A stretch of 64,000 nt of DNA, taken from NCBI GenBank assembly GCA_964187785.1, contig OZ076411.1:76198001-76262000 (forward strand), given 5' to 3'. The notes under the pieces are model-generated. The model ran no database searches. It saw only the letters and a program-made list of their open reading frames with translations, and was not told the DNA's origin. Numbering within the stretch: the first letter of the stretch is position 1; every line of letters starts with the position of its first letter. The position numbers and the translations under genes are program-made. Below, in pieces: positions 12,541 through 26,000 of the stretch. This stretch comes from Amphiscolops sp. MND2022 (Eukaryota).

Positions 12541-12934
12541 ACAGTCCGACAGTATTGTGACTCTGCGAGATTGTGTTTTTAAGACTCAACGGTTTGATAT
12601 CAACATATGTGAATATTTTCCCAACAACTCTGCAGACAATGCCCAAACGTTGAGTTTTTGGAATGCAGCTGTGGAGCACGGTATGACAGTCAAAGAAATT
12701 GATGACAACTCATCTTGTACCTATGATGACAACAAAAAAGCTGAATTTTTGTTACAGATAAAAGAAGCCGCTCCAAAGCGAGAACGCCTCGGTCAGGCAG
12801 TTCGAAAAGCACTAAGGCTCAAGTATCAACTTCAGATACCCGAAGCGTTCGCATACGTAAACAAAGAGAATTGGAGCCGGTTTGGTGAGTTGCAGCAACA
12901 AAACTCTAGCATTACAAGGGTGATAATATTAATG

Positions 12935-15900
12935 TCAGCAATGCACGATGAAAGTGAGATACAATACAAATTGGTTCCGGAGAAAAAGAAACGTTTCATT
13001 GACGAAACCATTGTTCACAAGGCAAAAAGACACGATAATCAATTTGCAAACAGCGAAGACATTGATCAAGATACGTATACAATTGAGAACCAGGAATGGC
13101 TCCCCAAAACAATCTAAATTCAAGGTAGCAAATAACGCAATACTTAGAGCAGGAGACAATGGTGACTTTCTGTGGAGTTTGGAAGACGCCCAGCAAAGAC
13201 TAGAAGATGTTCCGTTAGGTTTGGTGACAGACATAACCCTTGAAAAAGATACTTGGCCACGAAAAGCTCCGGAACTTGACGACAATGGTCTCAATGCGAA
13301 TGAAAGCCAAGAGCCAAGAAATGAAGCTAGATCATTGCAAATAGAAGAACTGATCATACAATCGCGCGGTAAAAGAACCAAAAGCAACAAAAGTTCTGTA
13401 TTTCTGAAAACGTCAAGTGTGAAAAGTTCTCGATTTGGAGCTACACGCTTTGTAAGAGCAAGACGAACTGCAAACCCTCCTAGATAAACTGAGACGTGAA
13501 GTTAAGGAAAGCGAAACAGCTGATTTGTAAGAACAGCTGGCCCCCAGAACCAAAATAGCCGGAAAGGTAATAGAAAGGCCGCAAACGCCCGTATGAAAAC
13601 CAGTGAATGCAGTAAAAGCAGCGCACGGAGGCCAATGCACAAGAGGGGGACATGTAACCCTTACTGAAACTAACCACTTCCACAGAAGCCGATGCGCGAG
13701 ATAATTGGCGGGATGAAAGAAAGACTGACTACCGTGCTGGCAATCAAAGAGCAACAGTCAGTTGTGAAATTAGCCACATCGAAACCGTCAAAGACCAATT
13801 CTGCAGGCCAAAGTTGGTTGCCACTCATAAATTGAGGCAACCGGAATGGTGCATTTGAAGTTCCACAGTTTGCGAACAGGCAGAAGCAGTATTCACCAAA
13901 TCACGAGCCAAACTTTGCTTCAAAAGCAAGAGATGACTTTTTCATCAGATCTAGCTTGCCAAAGTTGAAGCTGTCAGACTTTTCTGGTAACCCATTGGAG
14001 TGGCCAGTGCGTTCGCAACTGTTCCACGCAACCAATCATGCAGCGAATATGGACGATAGTGTAAAGATGATTTCCCTGAAACCTATGACTACGGGCAAAG
14101 TCAAAGAGGCTATTGATAGCATGAGATACTCTGCTGAGATGTATAATGTGGCGTGAAACGAGCTAATCAGTAGTTTTAGGAAACGTCAAATAGATTTGAA
14201 ACTCAGTTGAACCGAATTAACTCCTTTCCACCTATGAAACCTTATGACGGAGCCGCATTGATCAAGTTGGCGAGAATAGTGGCGAGTTGCTGGGAGACTA
14301 CGTGGGAAATCTGAACTGCCTCATTTATGTCAAGCTAACGAACCTGTATCACCCTAGACTCGTTGTGTTCAGTGAATGGCTCATTAATATAGCAGCTGTA
14401 CAAGATGAATTCTTCGACCCCGAATGCCGATCGCGCGAAGTCGAGCTACTAGGAAAAGGCTAAAAGCTCCAGGTTTGCAACTTCAGCAAAAAACACAGCG
14501 AAGGACAATTCGAAAACCAAGAGAGAGTGTGTGCTGAAAAACGGCAAATCTCGAATATGGACATGTAAGAATTTCAAGAAGAACTTCGAAGAGGACAAAA
14601 AGCGAATAGACTGAGACAGTGCTTCAATGCCTTTAACATGGCAGATGGTAGAGCTAACGCATCACAGATTGCTACACCGACCATACAAGAACGTGAACAA
14701 ATGCGAAATGTTGAAAATGTCGAGGACTTCTCCAACTTGTCCTCAATGAGAAGCAGTGGTGTGCTTCCAGTCATCCCAATAACGATAGTGTGGAGAAACG
14801 CACTAAAAACAATCGCTTTGTGTGACGCTGGAGCTAGTCTGTCGTTTGTGGACGAGAGTTTGATGAAAGAGCCAGCCCTTTTCATTGTTGCAGGATTCAT
14901 GGAACGTCAGGTATTAGTAGCAAACAATTTCGAGTCAAAATTGGTGATCAAGACCGACAAATCAATAAAAACACCCCCGCCTATAGTCATTCCAAAGTCA
15001 ATGCAGGAAATCGAACGTACAACCTCAAGATGTTGAAGGAAACATATCCTCACTTGTCAGTTTTGAAAGACTCTCTGCCCCATCAACTTGAAAAATGTCA
15101 CAGTCATTTTGGACCAAGAATGTCACTACTTGCATAGAGCAACAGAGTGTAGAAAATGTGGAAATGCAAAGCATTGGGCAGTGCGAACGAAGTTAGGATG
15201 GATGCTCAGTCAACCCTTGCAACAACAAGAAACTGCGAAATTCGGAACTGAAAGTTTAGTTGCTGCAGAAGTGGACCAATTGATGGAGCATGTGAAGTAT
15301 GCTTTCCACCACAGCATTTCCGGAAAGTCCAAGGGGATCAACGTGCCTTTGAAATGCTCAAAGCAACCACAAGGTTCAATGGAAAGAAGTATGAAAATTG
15401 GTCTCCTTTGGAAAAATGCAGAGCCGTATTTGTCAAGTAAATACATTTCAGCGGTGAGTCAATTGAAGTCTCTCGAACGCTGACTGGAAAAGGATGAAAA
15501 CTTGAGACAACATTACAAAGAGACTTTTGATGTTGACGTATATATTGTTTTATAAGAATTCTGAGCTTGAAAACACTAAAACTGACCTTCAGTGGTACGT
15601 TCCACCTCTTCCTGTGCTGAACTCGAAAAAATTTGACAGTATGAGACGGGTATGCAACGCAGCATCAACATTTGCAGGAGTCTCACTCAATGATAGTTTG
15701 ATGGCTGGTCCCGACCCTCCACAGTCTCTCATAGGCTATATCTTCATTTTCGAGAGAAGCAGACTGCCTGGACAACAGTCGTTGAGGCGATGTTGAGTAC
15801 CCCCTGAAGATTGCAAGGTGGTTCGATTTTTGTGGAGAGACAACAACAATGATCCTTTCTCTGTTTGTGAAGATGGAATACACATATTTGGAGCAAAATG

Positions 15901-17525
15901 TTCGCCACTATGTGTCAACTATGCATTACAACAAGTCGGACGAGACTGCAGATATGACAATGGGAGGGTCGCAAAGTTGATCAACAGAAACGTTTTATGG
16001 ACAATTTTGTGAAGTCAGTAGCTTCAGAGGGAGAAACAGTTGGTTCGAGTGTACAAGAACCTTGCGGAAGACCTCAGCGGATCGTCGCTTTCAACTAACG
16101 AAATGGATTTGCAACTCCGAGAAAGTAATTGAAGAAGAACATCCTGAAGATAGATCATTCGCGCTAAGTCAATCATTTGAAACAGATTTCTAGACACCGA
16201 CTATCTTGGGACTGCATTGAAATCTCAAGTATCCTCTGTGTTTGACCCATTGGGATTGTTTTCTCTTCTCACAGCGAGAATGAGGTTGTTGCAGAATGAA
16301 ATTGTAGAGTAGCGCCAATGAAGCAACAATCAGTTTCCCGACTAGAGCTACAAGCAGCTATGTATGGGACTCGATTGAAACAACTGATCGTAGGTGAACA
16401 CGATATTGATATTGAACGAACTTTCTTTTAGATTCGACATCTGTTTTGCAATGGGTGCATGGAGCATACAAAAACCATCGGTCTTTGTGGCAAAGAGACT
16501 CGCTGAAATCCTTAAAAATTCAACCATTGATCAGTGGCGACATGTCGAAGGAACCAACCTGCCGACATTGGAACATAGAGGAAATTCTATTCGTGATTCG
16601 GAAAAGACAAAATGGTTCATAGGTCCGGCATGGCTTCAAGAGAAAGATGATGCTCGATCGCAAACCTCCCGCTTTTGTTTCAACAAAAAGCAGAAGAAGA
16701 CAAAGAACATGTACTTGAAGTCGTGTCAGAAGAAAAAGACATAGAATGGGTGAAGTTCAGTTCTCGAGAAGAATGATCCGGATCTTCACCTACTTCGGTT
16801 CCAATCAGAATACAAAGGAAAAGTAGTCATGACAGAAGACTTGCAGCAAGTGATCCAAATGTTACTGCGGGAAAACCAGATTGTTAGCTTTGGTCCACTT
16901 TATCAAGCATTGGCCACAGGAAAACCTATTGCATCATCTGATTACCTGAATAAACTTAATCCATTTTTGGAAGAACAGAACCTCATGCAATTAGGAGAAC
17001 GACTGCGTCGGTGTGAATGGTTAGAAGCTGCAAGAAAGGTATGATGGCAATAGTGGAGAACAGAACACTGACAGATGATGTACTTTCCAAAACCATGTGT
17101 CTAGTCAAGCATATATTGAAATAGAGACTAGTGTAAAAAACGATCCTGAGGATTTAGAAGCGATGACTCCGAATCACTTCCTGCTAGGACGCGAAGGTCC
17201 AGCAACTCCATTCAATCCAGACGCTCAGCAATATACAGATCTGTGAAGAGTGTTTAGAGTATCGCAAGCATATGCAGACACGATCTGGAGCGGATGGAAC
17301 AAAGAATTTTTACCTCAACGGAATGACAGATCGAAATGGAATGAAGAAGTTAGGCAACAGGCAACGATTTGGCTTCGAGAGTTGATGAGAATGTGAAACG
17401 AGCACACTAAAAGATTGGAAGTATCATGGAAGCGATGGGTAAGTGAGATCAGCGCTGGTGAAAACGGAAGATGGAAAGCTCAAAAGACCAGTAGTGAAAC
17501 TGGCACCACTAATCAATGAAACTGT
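12935..17525 (+). mobile_element. Heavily degenerate, internally deleted BEL/Pao gag-pol
   Basis: LPKLKLSDFSGNPLEW (gag), LCDAGASLSFV (protease), RTKLGWMLS, RRVCNAASTFAGVSLND..AGPD and HIFGAKCSPLCVNYAL (RT), RLELQAAM (RNase H), MTPNHFLLG and LVKTEDGKLKRPVVKLAPL (integrase C-terminus). Confidence 0.92.
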
Positions 17526-17535
17526 TCTTCGCGCA

Positions 17536-18333
17536 AGTCATCAGCAGGACAAAAAACGATTGTCAACTTGCTGGTTGAGACACAATATGTCAAGTTTTAG
17601 AAATGTCGATGACAATTTAGAGAAAAGTCGACAATCACAATTCTGCAAAGCTCCCAATGGATTTTTTCAAAGACTGTTAGTCACAGAGCCATGAAACTTG
17701 GTGCTCATATGCAGGTTGCAAACATGACAAACCGACCAAGTTTCAAAGTCATCCCAGCATTATCACCCTCTACTCCAAGATTCGTGATATCCAAGATCAT
17801 CGAGCCGAAATGTGAACATTGTTATTCACCCATATGACCACCTCAGAAAGTAACTCAGAACAATGTTAAAGAACGTTGAACCTCTTAGATTGTTCAATCA
17901 TAAGATCTTTACATTGTGTCAGCATACTTTCTAGCCTACTCAACAATCATGCCAAATTCACCTCACAGTGTACTGACAACCAATATCTTCATATTATGCT
18001 TTAAAAGTCATTTATTTATACTTACTTATTTTTGCTCTACATTAACTCAAGAATTGTAAACTAGATTTAGACCATCACTAGATTAAGATTTTAACGAATA
18101 AATAACTATAATCAATTTGGCTCTCAGGACTACGCGACTAATTAACTTTTCGAATCTTTACAACTTTTCGCTATAGTCAGAGCGAACAAGTAGCTATTCC
18201 TAATAGGCGGAGAGCCGGAGCGCAAAAAGATACAGATCGGGAAGTTTGCGATGGATCTCAGATTTTTAATTCAGGGTGAAGCAGGATCACTAGGAGATCC
18301 TACGGGTTACATCGCATCCACCAGCCAGAAGAT
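17536..18333. repeat. ~750-bp dispersed direct repeat, copy 2
   Basis: See 11787-12540; abuts the last integrase codons of the BEL element where PPT and LTR would be expected. Confidence 0.75.
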
Positions 18334-18559
18334 GCTTTCTTTCGATACAAGAAAAGCGGGATTGTTTAGTAACGGTCCACAGTACTAATCGACGGATCAG
18401 GGCGGCGTAAGGCTTGTCAAGTTCCAGCGCAAGATAAGGGCGAGGAGCCGTTACAATGATCAGTATCCCTTAGTCTCTTAGACATCCGATTTCCCAGTTT
18501 GTTAGTGTTGTATTCGAAATCCCTTCCAGAAACGCATTGTTTATCACCAGCTATCGAAC

Positions 18560-21130
18560 TAGTTGTTTTGACCCTTTCGTGGTTACAAGTAGAATTTTCT
18601 TCAGTTTTTTTCTGTTTCGAGGCCGGAATACGTATCAATGGTACAACTGAAGATGCTGACAATATAGTTTTTTTCCGTAAATTTGTCGGCTTTGACTGGT
18701 TCGCTCTCCTCGAAAATTGTGCAACGTTTGCGGACGCTCCAAGAACGTTGTAGAGACATTTTTTGAAACCCACAAAAGTAGTTTTCCCTGCATCTAATGC
18801 TCAGTACAAGTTAAAAGGACGACAAATCCATCGTACAATTTTCAGGAAAGCTGAACCGACTTGGTGAAGACTGCGAATGCACCAGTATGACAGTCCAAGC
18901 AGAGAAAGACATGTACGAGACGCCCTTTTATCGGGGATTAGGTCTAATGACAATTGAGCAAGACTATTGGGGCCGGAAGACTTCAAGGGCAACATCGATA
19001 GCTGCATATCGCTTGAATGTGTCACCTAACAATCTAGTGACTTTTCAAAATCTTGTGGAACCACTGAATCTCCAACTGTTGCCGCGGCCAAGCTGTTCTC
19101 AAAGGCAACTCGGCGGCAGCTTGATCGACATGGCACCTCTGCGACCCAACAGGCCTCGAACAAGCCACGTGCCCGCTGTCAATTCTATGGTTTAAAACAG
19201 CACTTACGCTCAAAGTGTCCACCTTGCAATCTAAATGTCAGCCTCGAACTCGCCAGACGCAATGAAGAAAATCAAACAAAGATTGATAATACCGGGTACA
19301 TGTGTACCTTTATCAGCGCCTCAATAGCTGCCAAATATGATCTGAAGGTCCGCGCGAAACGCAAGGTGACTGCCTTGGTAAATGGCGACCCCCAGGTTAC
19401 AACATGTAGCGCTCAAGCTAAAATTTAGGTAAACCAAAAGACCTACCAAGTTGCTTTCACAGTCGCAAAACACATGGTTGAGGATGATATTCTCGGGCTT
19501 CACATCCTCCGACAACATCACTCTGTCAAACTGGAGTTACGCTGTTATTTGTGCCGCACTCAAAAAATTGGCTCTCTCTCTCTGTAATGAAATCTCCTCT
19601 CCGAATATACTTTTCGGTTTCAGGTCAGTTTATAATGCAAAATCGACCTGTAACAAACTTCAAGACGTCGCTTTCATGAAGTCCGAAGTTAACCGCATGC
19701 TCACGGGCACAGTTCAGGTTTCCACGTCTCACTGGCGGGCTCATTTTGTCGTTAAGGACGAACCCAAGCCAGGGGAGTTGATTGACTGTTCATAGAAATT
19801 TATTTGTCATACCTCCAAGGATGCGTTTCCCTTCACGAGTATGCACGACCTGCTTAACCAAGCGGCTGAGGTCAATATTTTTTTTCGAAAATTGTTTTGC
19901 AATCTGAAACTTATCAAACACCACTCCATCGCAAGGGCACGCCAGTCACTGCGTTTGAAGTAAACGGACAACTTTTAGAGTTCACAAGACTTATCTTCGG
20001 TGTCGAAAACGCAAAAGCGGCATTTCAACGAAAAATGGCGTCCTTTCTGCGCCGCCACAACTTCAAGGGAACGCTACCCTATTTTATTGATGTGATCATC
20101 CGAGGCAGATCCGAGGAAAAATTCTGAGAAAATTTCAGGAACATCACGAAAGTGTCCCATATTTTAGGGTCTGACACTGAGCAAACCTCTTTGGCTGTAG
20201 CTCGGAGCGACACTCAGTCAGGGCGTCAAACTTGTTGTTTTCTTGTCGAGAACTTCTAAACACAGCGAAACTAATAGCCTACTCGGTTGTTGAACGGTGA
20301 GCAATGGCCTTCTTGGAAGGCTTCCGTCGTTTCTCGGACTTGTTATGTACTTCATGCGTTTCTGTTCGCACCAAACAATAGCCCTCTTCATATTTAGACC
20401 CATTTCTCCCAGAAAAAAACTGACAATTGATTCGCTGGCGCCTGGAACTATCGAAATATCTCTTCGAAAAAAAATATGAGAGAAGGTCTCAGAACGTGCC
20501 AGCACTGTGTCGATTAGCGACCAGAGAGCCCAGCTGTGAAATCCTTCACGAGACATTTGTGCATCCAGGTCCAGGAGTGCTGTGACTGTACGAGTACATT
20601 CAAAGACACAAAGCCCCAATTTGTTTGGATGACGCGAAAAGGCATACCGAGAACTGCAAAGCGTTCGCTCTATGGGAACCACCCTTGTTGCGGCCACATG
20701 CAGTAATTTTATATGGTCCTCCAAATTTTGGGAGCGACTATCAAAACGACATTGTTTGTCCTAAACGAACGACTCAAAGTAAAAACCAATATCTTAACCA
20801 GTTTAGTTCTACAAGTTTAGTAGGTGTCTGTTCGCTTTCCTTCTCCTGGACTTCACGTCTAGTAGCGTCCTCGAATGTCTCCCGACACTTTTGGCCATTT
20901 TCGGATGCCCAGGGTACATTCACTCCAACTCGGGCACACACTCTGTGTCATCGGAGTTCCAAAACTACTGCTACCAAACTGCGGTTGCGACCTCTAAGAC
21001 TACAACTTAGCATCCTCGAGGCAATGGCCAAAACGAGCGCTGCAACAGAATTATGTGGAAGGCCGTTACACCCCACAAATCGCCCACAGTCTGACTGGGA
21101 AAGTGTCCTACCATCAGCGCGATTTAGAAA
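18560..21130 (+). mobile_element. Degenerate Ty3/Gypsy gag-pol
   Basis: gag RHFLKPTKVVF..KLNRLGEDCEC and HLRSKCP; protease ending DDILGL; RT STSHWRAHFVV, QTPLHRKGTPVTAFEVNGQLLEFTRLIFGVENAKAAFQRKM..YFIDVII; integrase IFGCPGYIHS..HPRGNGQNERCN; domain order PR-RT-RH-IN. Confidence 0.88.
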
Positions 21131-21189
21131 CTTTTCAAAACCATACTTTTAAAACCACTTTCTTCACCACCTTTCAATACCGAAAAGAA

Positions 21190-22551
21190 AATAATCGAGG
21201 CACATTTTGTAATCTAAACCACTCTGTAGTACAAAGAGTGAGACAATGTACGGTCGTATTAACCAAGCAGATTTTCAAAAAGTATTCTGCCAAGTGATCA
21301 AATCGGCCAAACGACTCTCGGCAATATGACCAAGCAAAAGTTCCTTTCACCACTCCAAACCATTATTCAGAGTTCCGGAATTTTTCTAGGAGTTGATTGG
21401 AGAATTGTTGCTGAAAACAAAGGAATGCAATAACGATTGCGAATAATTCCTGAATTACGAGTTTTTGTGTTTCAATTACATTTTCGATTATCAATCTAAC
21501 AATTACTTACATTTAGTGCTAGGATAGCGATTATCACGACAGTTTCACAACACATTTCAGATTCAGGTGAGGGGACACAGGGAGAAATCGAGCAGGAAAT
21601 TCATGTCATTCATCAGCCAAAGACTGAATGGAAAAGAAAGGACAGTTGTAAGAACCAAGAAGTAGGAAGGAACTTTTTGGCAGAATCTAGAAATGGCCAA
21701 AGTACGTTTGGACAAAATTGTATCAAATGTTCAACTTTTATACAAGCTTCTTGTAACGGAACGACAAATCTTATCAATCATTTGAAAAGGTGTAATCTGA
21801 AAACTTCAAAACTGAGTGGGCAGTCGTCAGTTAAAGCAATGTTTCCATCAACAAATGCTCCGTCAAGGCATGGTTTGAGAGAAGTTGCAAAGCTGTTATA
21901 CGTGGACAATATTCCAATGACTGAAGTTGTAAAGTCCGACACTCTGCAAAGTTTATTTCCATATTGCGGATATCATGATAATAACTACGGCAGTTTGAAA
22001 AAAGAACTCCACAGTGAATACGACATGGTTGTGAAAAAGTGCTTCCTGGGTGAAAGAAAGGCCATAAATCGGTCTTCCCGTGTTGGCGTTTGACAAATGG
22101 ACTGCATTTGTTAACACAGAATACATCGGAATTCACTTATATACAATGAAAACAAGCTACTGTCTTGTACTTGTGCATTTTACCGGTTTCTGGAGAAATC
22201 AAGAGAAAGGAGAATTAATTGCTGGACGACTTCAGATTTTTGGAATAACCCTGGACGACAAATGTTATCATTTTATTCATTACAGACAGTGGTTCAGATG
22301 TTTAAAAAATGGTTGAGAATGTTGGCGGTTTTCATATGAGCTATCTTTTTGGAATAAGCAAGACCCATTTTAAGGCCGACTGTCACCACAGCACCATAAC
22401 AGAAATGTTTTCTTGAATAAAAACTCTAAACATATTTAAGTACTGGATTTAGCATTTTCTTGTAAAGAATTTCGTTAAATGTTGTTGATTCAATTACAAT
22501 TTCAAGTATTTGGGATCTAATTGAACTAATTAGCAATTACAATTAAATCAC
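21190..22551 (+). mobile_element. hAT-superfamily transposase remnant, copy A
   Basis: BED finger CIKC...CNGTTNLINHLK (ORF 21677-22093), LAFDKWTA (first catalytic Asp region), FITDSGSDV (second Asp region), CAATTAC-type subterminal repeats. Confidence 0.75.
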
Positions 22552-22872
22552 TAAGACTTTAGGAATACTAAAGCATGTTGTATCAATCAAAATTAAAACA
22601 ACAATGAAAGTTGAGTTAAAATTATTGTTATTAACCGCCAAGTCAAAACTTGATCACACAAACTTCAAAAATGACTCATTTTATGATATGAATAGCAAGG
22701 CCTTTTCGAGAGTATTTTTACCGATATCGGAGAAATATTTCCAAAATATAAAATATTTGGCATGTCCGGGAATCGAACCCACGCCGGTCAAGTACCGGCT
22801 TTGTATTCTACCGATAGGCCAAGCTGCCTTAATATTTGTTTGCTTTGAATTAACGATATTGCGACCGCAACA
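22552..22872 (-). repeat. 3' LTR of BEL/Pao element (TGTTG...TTA)
   Basis: Starts right after the PPT, ends at the TSD, matches 31370-31690. Confidence 0.92.
22758..22828 (-). ncRNA. tRNA-like Pol III cassette inside the 3' LTR
   Basis: 71 nt GGCAGCTTGGCCTATCGGTAGAATACAAAGCCGGTACTTGACCGGCGTGGGTTCGATTCCCGGACATGCCA followed by AATATTTTATATTTT; B box GGTTCGATTCC, A box with one change; imperfect cloverleaf, so not a functional tRNA. Confidence 0.65.
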
Positions 22873-23022
22873 TCCTCCGGGCCCAAGAAAAAAAGGTTTT
22901 ATAGTGCAAAATTTTTTTCTTTTTAAATGTTTTGTGAAACATGTTTTTACATGAAAATTATTTTTTTATACATGTTGATACATGAAGCATAAATGAAGGA
23001 AGTGGATGAAGCAGAGCATTGT

Positions 23023-26000
23023 TTATTCGGGAAGGGGAAGGACGGGAGCGAGTTTGATCACTGGGCGTACAAGGTTACCAGATGCTGTTCTGACTTCAGC
23101 GGACCTGGCGACGGCGTCTGTGCCGAAGTTAAGCTTTACGACACGAGCTAGTGGATAGTACCCTCTAGGTGATGTCGGTTCAACAATCCACACGAGGTCT
23201 CCGGTATTCAGATCTCTGTTTGAATGAGATGACCACTTCGAACGGCGGTTCAGAGTGGGAACGTATTCTCTTAACCACCTGCTCCATACTATGTCGGAAT
23301 AAGCTTGCGCTCGAGCGTAACGTTTGCGATGGTCGACGTCTGCATGCTGATGCGAAGGCAGTACTGAACTTGAAGTTCCATGTAGAAAATGATTTGGAGT
23401 CAAGGCATCCAAATCGGTCGGATCGGCACTAGCAGGTACTAACGGTCGTGCATTCAAACTTTGTTCCACGAGGCAGAACGTGGTTGCAAGAATTTCATCT
23501 GTCAGACGTCTGTTTTCGAGGACAGCGTAGAACACGTGCTTGAAACTACGTACTAAACGTTCCCATACACCTCCATGGTGTGGAGCACTGGGTTGGTTAA
23601 ATTTCCACTTGATTCGTTTCTTGACAAGTGCTTCAGCGAGGACCTGTTGATTCCAGTTTCTGACGTTCTGTAACAGTTCTTTGTCACTCGCTACAAAGTT
23701 GGTGCCATTGTCTGACCAGAGAACTGATGGGGTGCCTCGTCGGGCAGCAAACCGTTCAATTCCCATCACACAACTACTGGTGTCCATTGACGGCACAACT
23801 TCAAAATGGACGGTCCGAGTAGTCAGACAAGTAAAAGGAATCCCCAGCGTTTTTCAGTAGAACGTTTCACGGACACGTAGAAGGGACCAAAGTAGTCAAT
23901 TCCTGTGTTGCGGAATGGAGGTTCTCTGTATGCAAGTCTTTCCCGGGGAAGATCGGACATCATGGGAGCTAACGTTTCAGCCTTGCGCTTACGACAAGTG
24001 ATGCACCTGGATACAACTGATCTCAAGGTTGGTCTCAATTTGACGATTGCGTATTCCTGCTGGATCAAAGTCCTTAAGTATTCAACACCCTGGTGGCATT
24101 GGTTGATATGAAAGTTCTCCAGGAACCGTCGAACAAAAGGATGACGGCTATCCAGTAAAATTGGGTGTTTCATGTCAAACGAGGCAACATCTAGTTGTTT
24201 TGTGCGACCAGAAGTTCGCAGTAAACCATTAGGTCCAATGAAAAGGGAAAATTCAACAATTTTAGAAGACTTGCTGAGGGGGAGTGACTTCAACAAGCAT
24301 TTCTTTTCAGTGTTAAAAGACTCGAGTTGTACCAGATAGAACAATCTCTTTTGGGCATTGTCGAGTTCAGTTGGGTCTGTAATAAATCCAGTTTCAGTGC
24401 GCTTGGATTCGTTCTTGGGAAGGAGTCGCAACATGTAAGCCACAATGCGCAGAAACTTCTCGTACGAACTGTACTTCTGCCATTTGAAGGTTGCTGCAAT
24501 TTCGGTTACTGTTGCGGTGATTGTAGTACACTGATGTTCTTTGGTTTTGATAACTTTATTGGAATCAGCGCCTTCATTGAGCTTCACTTTTTGACCAAAT
24601 TCTTCTGGGAGTTTGAAAGGGAAGTCGGATGTTTTTAGAAAGTCTGGTCCTGTCAGCCAACAACTGTTCAAAAGATCAGTTGCAGACATTCCACGTGTGC
24701 CCGTATCAGCCGGATTGTGAGCTGTAGGGACGTAGTGCCACTCATCAACAGTTGTTAAGTCAAGAATCTCGCATACTCGGTTCGCAACAAAGGTGGGTTG
24801 CTTTTCCAAAGAAGTTAACCACTGAAGCACAGTTGAACTATCGCACCACATGAAAGTTCTGTCTATCTTCAAAGACAGTGCACGGAGGACCTCGGCGCGA
24901 AGTCGTGCTGCAAGTAATGCGGCTTGTAGCTCTAACTTTGGAACAGTTAGTGCTTTCATAGGAGCCACTCTTGCTTTTCCAAAGACGAAAGCCAGCTGTG
25001 TCACAACACCGTTGTCATTTATTAGTTTTCCTCGCAAGAAAGCGACTGCGCTGAAAGCATCTTGTGAGCTATCACCAAACACGTGCAGCTCAATTGTTTC
25101 AACTGTTTGACAGAAGTAACTTCTTGGTATGGTAATTTCATTCAAAGTTGACAACTCTTTGCTCCATTCCAAGAACTTTGTTACAATGTCGTCTGGCAAG
25201 TTGTCGTTCCACTGCTGGCCACTAAGCCTCCAAATGTCTTTCAAAAGCAGGCGCGCTTTGATGGTGACCGGCGCAACGAGATCAATTGGGTCGTATACCG
25301 CGGATACCAAACTCAGAACAACCCTTTGAGTGACATCTTGGTCGGTGTTTGGACTTGTTCCTCTGCTAACAACTAGGGTGTCTGTTGAGTGATTCCATTT
25401 CATTCCAAGAACGTGCGAGAATTTCTCCGCAGTCGGAAACTCTTTCTCTTCTGTGGTTCTGCTGTCGCTGTTCGGATCCACTTCGATGGGGATGCTTGGT
25501 ACATTAGACACAAACTTTGTCAGTTTAAACCCCCCCAAAGCGAGCATTTTAACAAGATCCTTTGCTTTGTTAGAGGCTTCGTTAGCTGTTGGACTTGATT
25601 CGAGGTTATCGTCCATATAAAAGTTGTTGTGAACGCTTCGTGCTGCATCTGGGAAGTTAGCTTGGTTATCTGTGGCAGTTCGTTTCAGAGCGTAGTTAGC
25701 GCATGTTGGCGAATCTTTAGAGCCGAAAATATGCCGAACATACTCGAAAACAGCAACTTCAGCTGCTGGGTGCTCCCGCCACAAAAATCGAAGTGATGGT
25801 CTGTCACGTGGGATAACTCCAACTTGGAGAAACATTCCTTCGATGTCCGCAGATACAGCAAAAGGATATTGACGGAAACGGAAAAGAATGTGTATTAGGC
25901 TCTGCAGCAAATCTGGTCCTGCTAGAAGAGCACTGTTCAGGGACTGACCATGAAATTTTGCGGCTCCATTAAGAACCCTACGGACTTTGCCAGGCTTGTG

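Noticed and set aside
22758-22828. Functional tRNA gene
   Set aside because: Acceptor stem pairs only 5 of 7, the D stem is broken and there is no 7-nt anticodon loop; kept only as tRNA-like.
22604-22954. Near-identical ORFs MKVELKLLLL... here and at 31422-31718
   Set aside because: They are antisense frames across the two LTRs; the identity reflects LTR duplication, not protein conservation.
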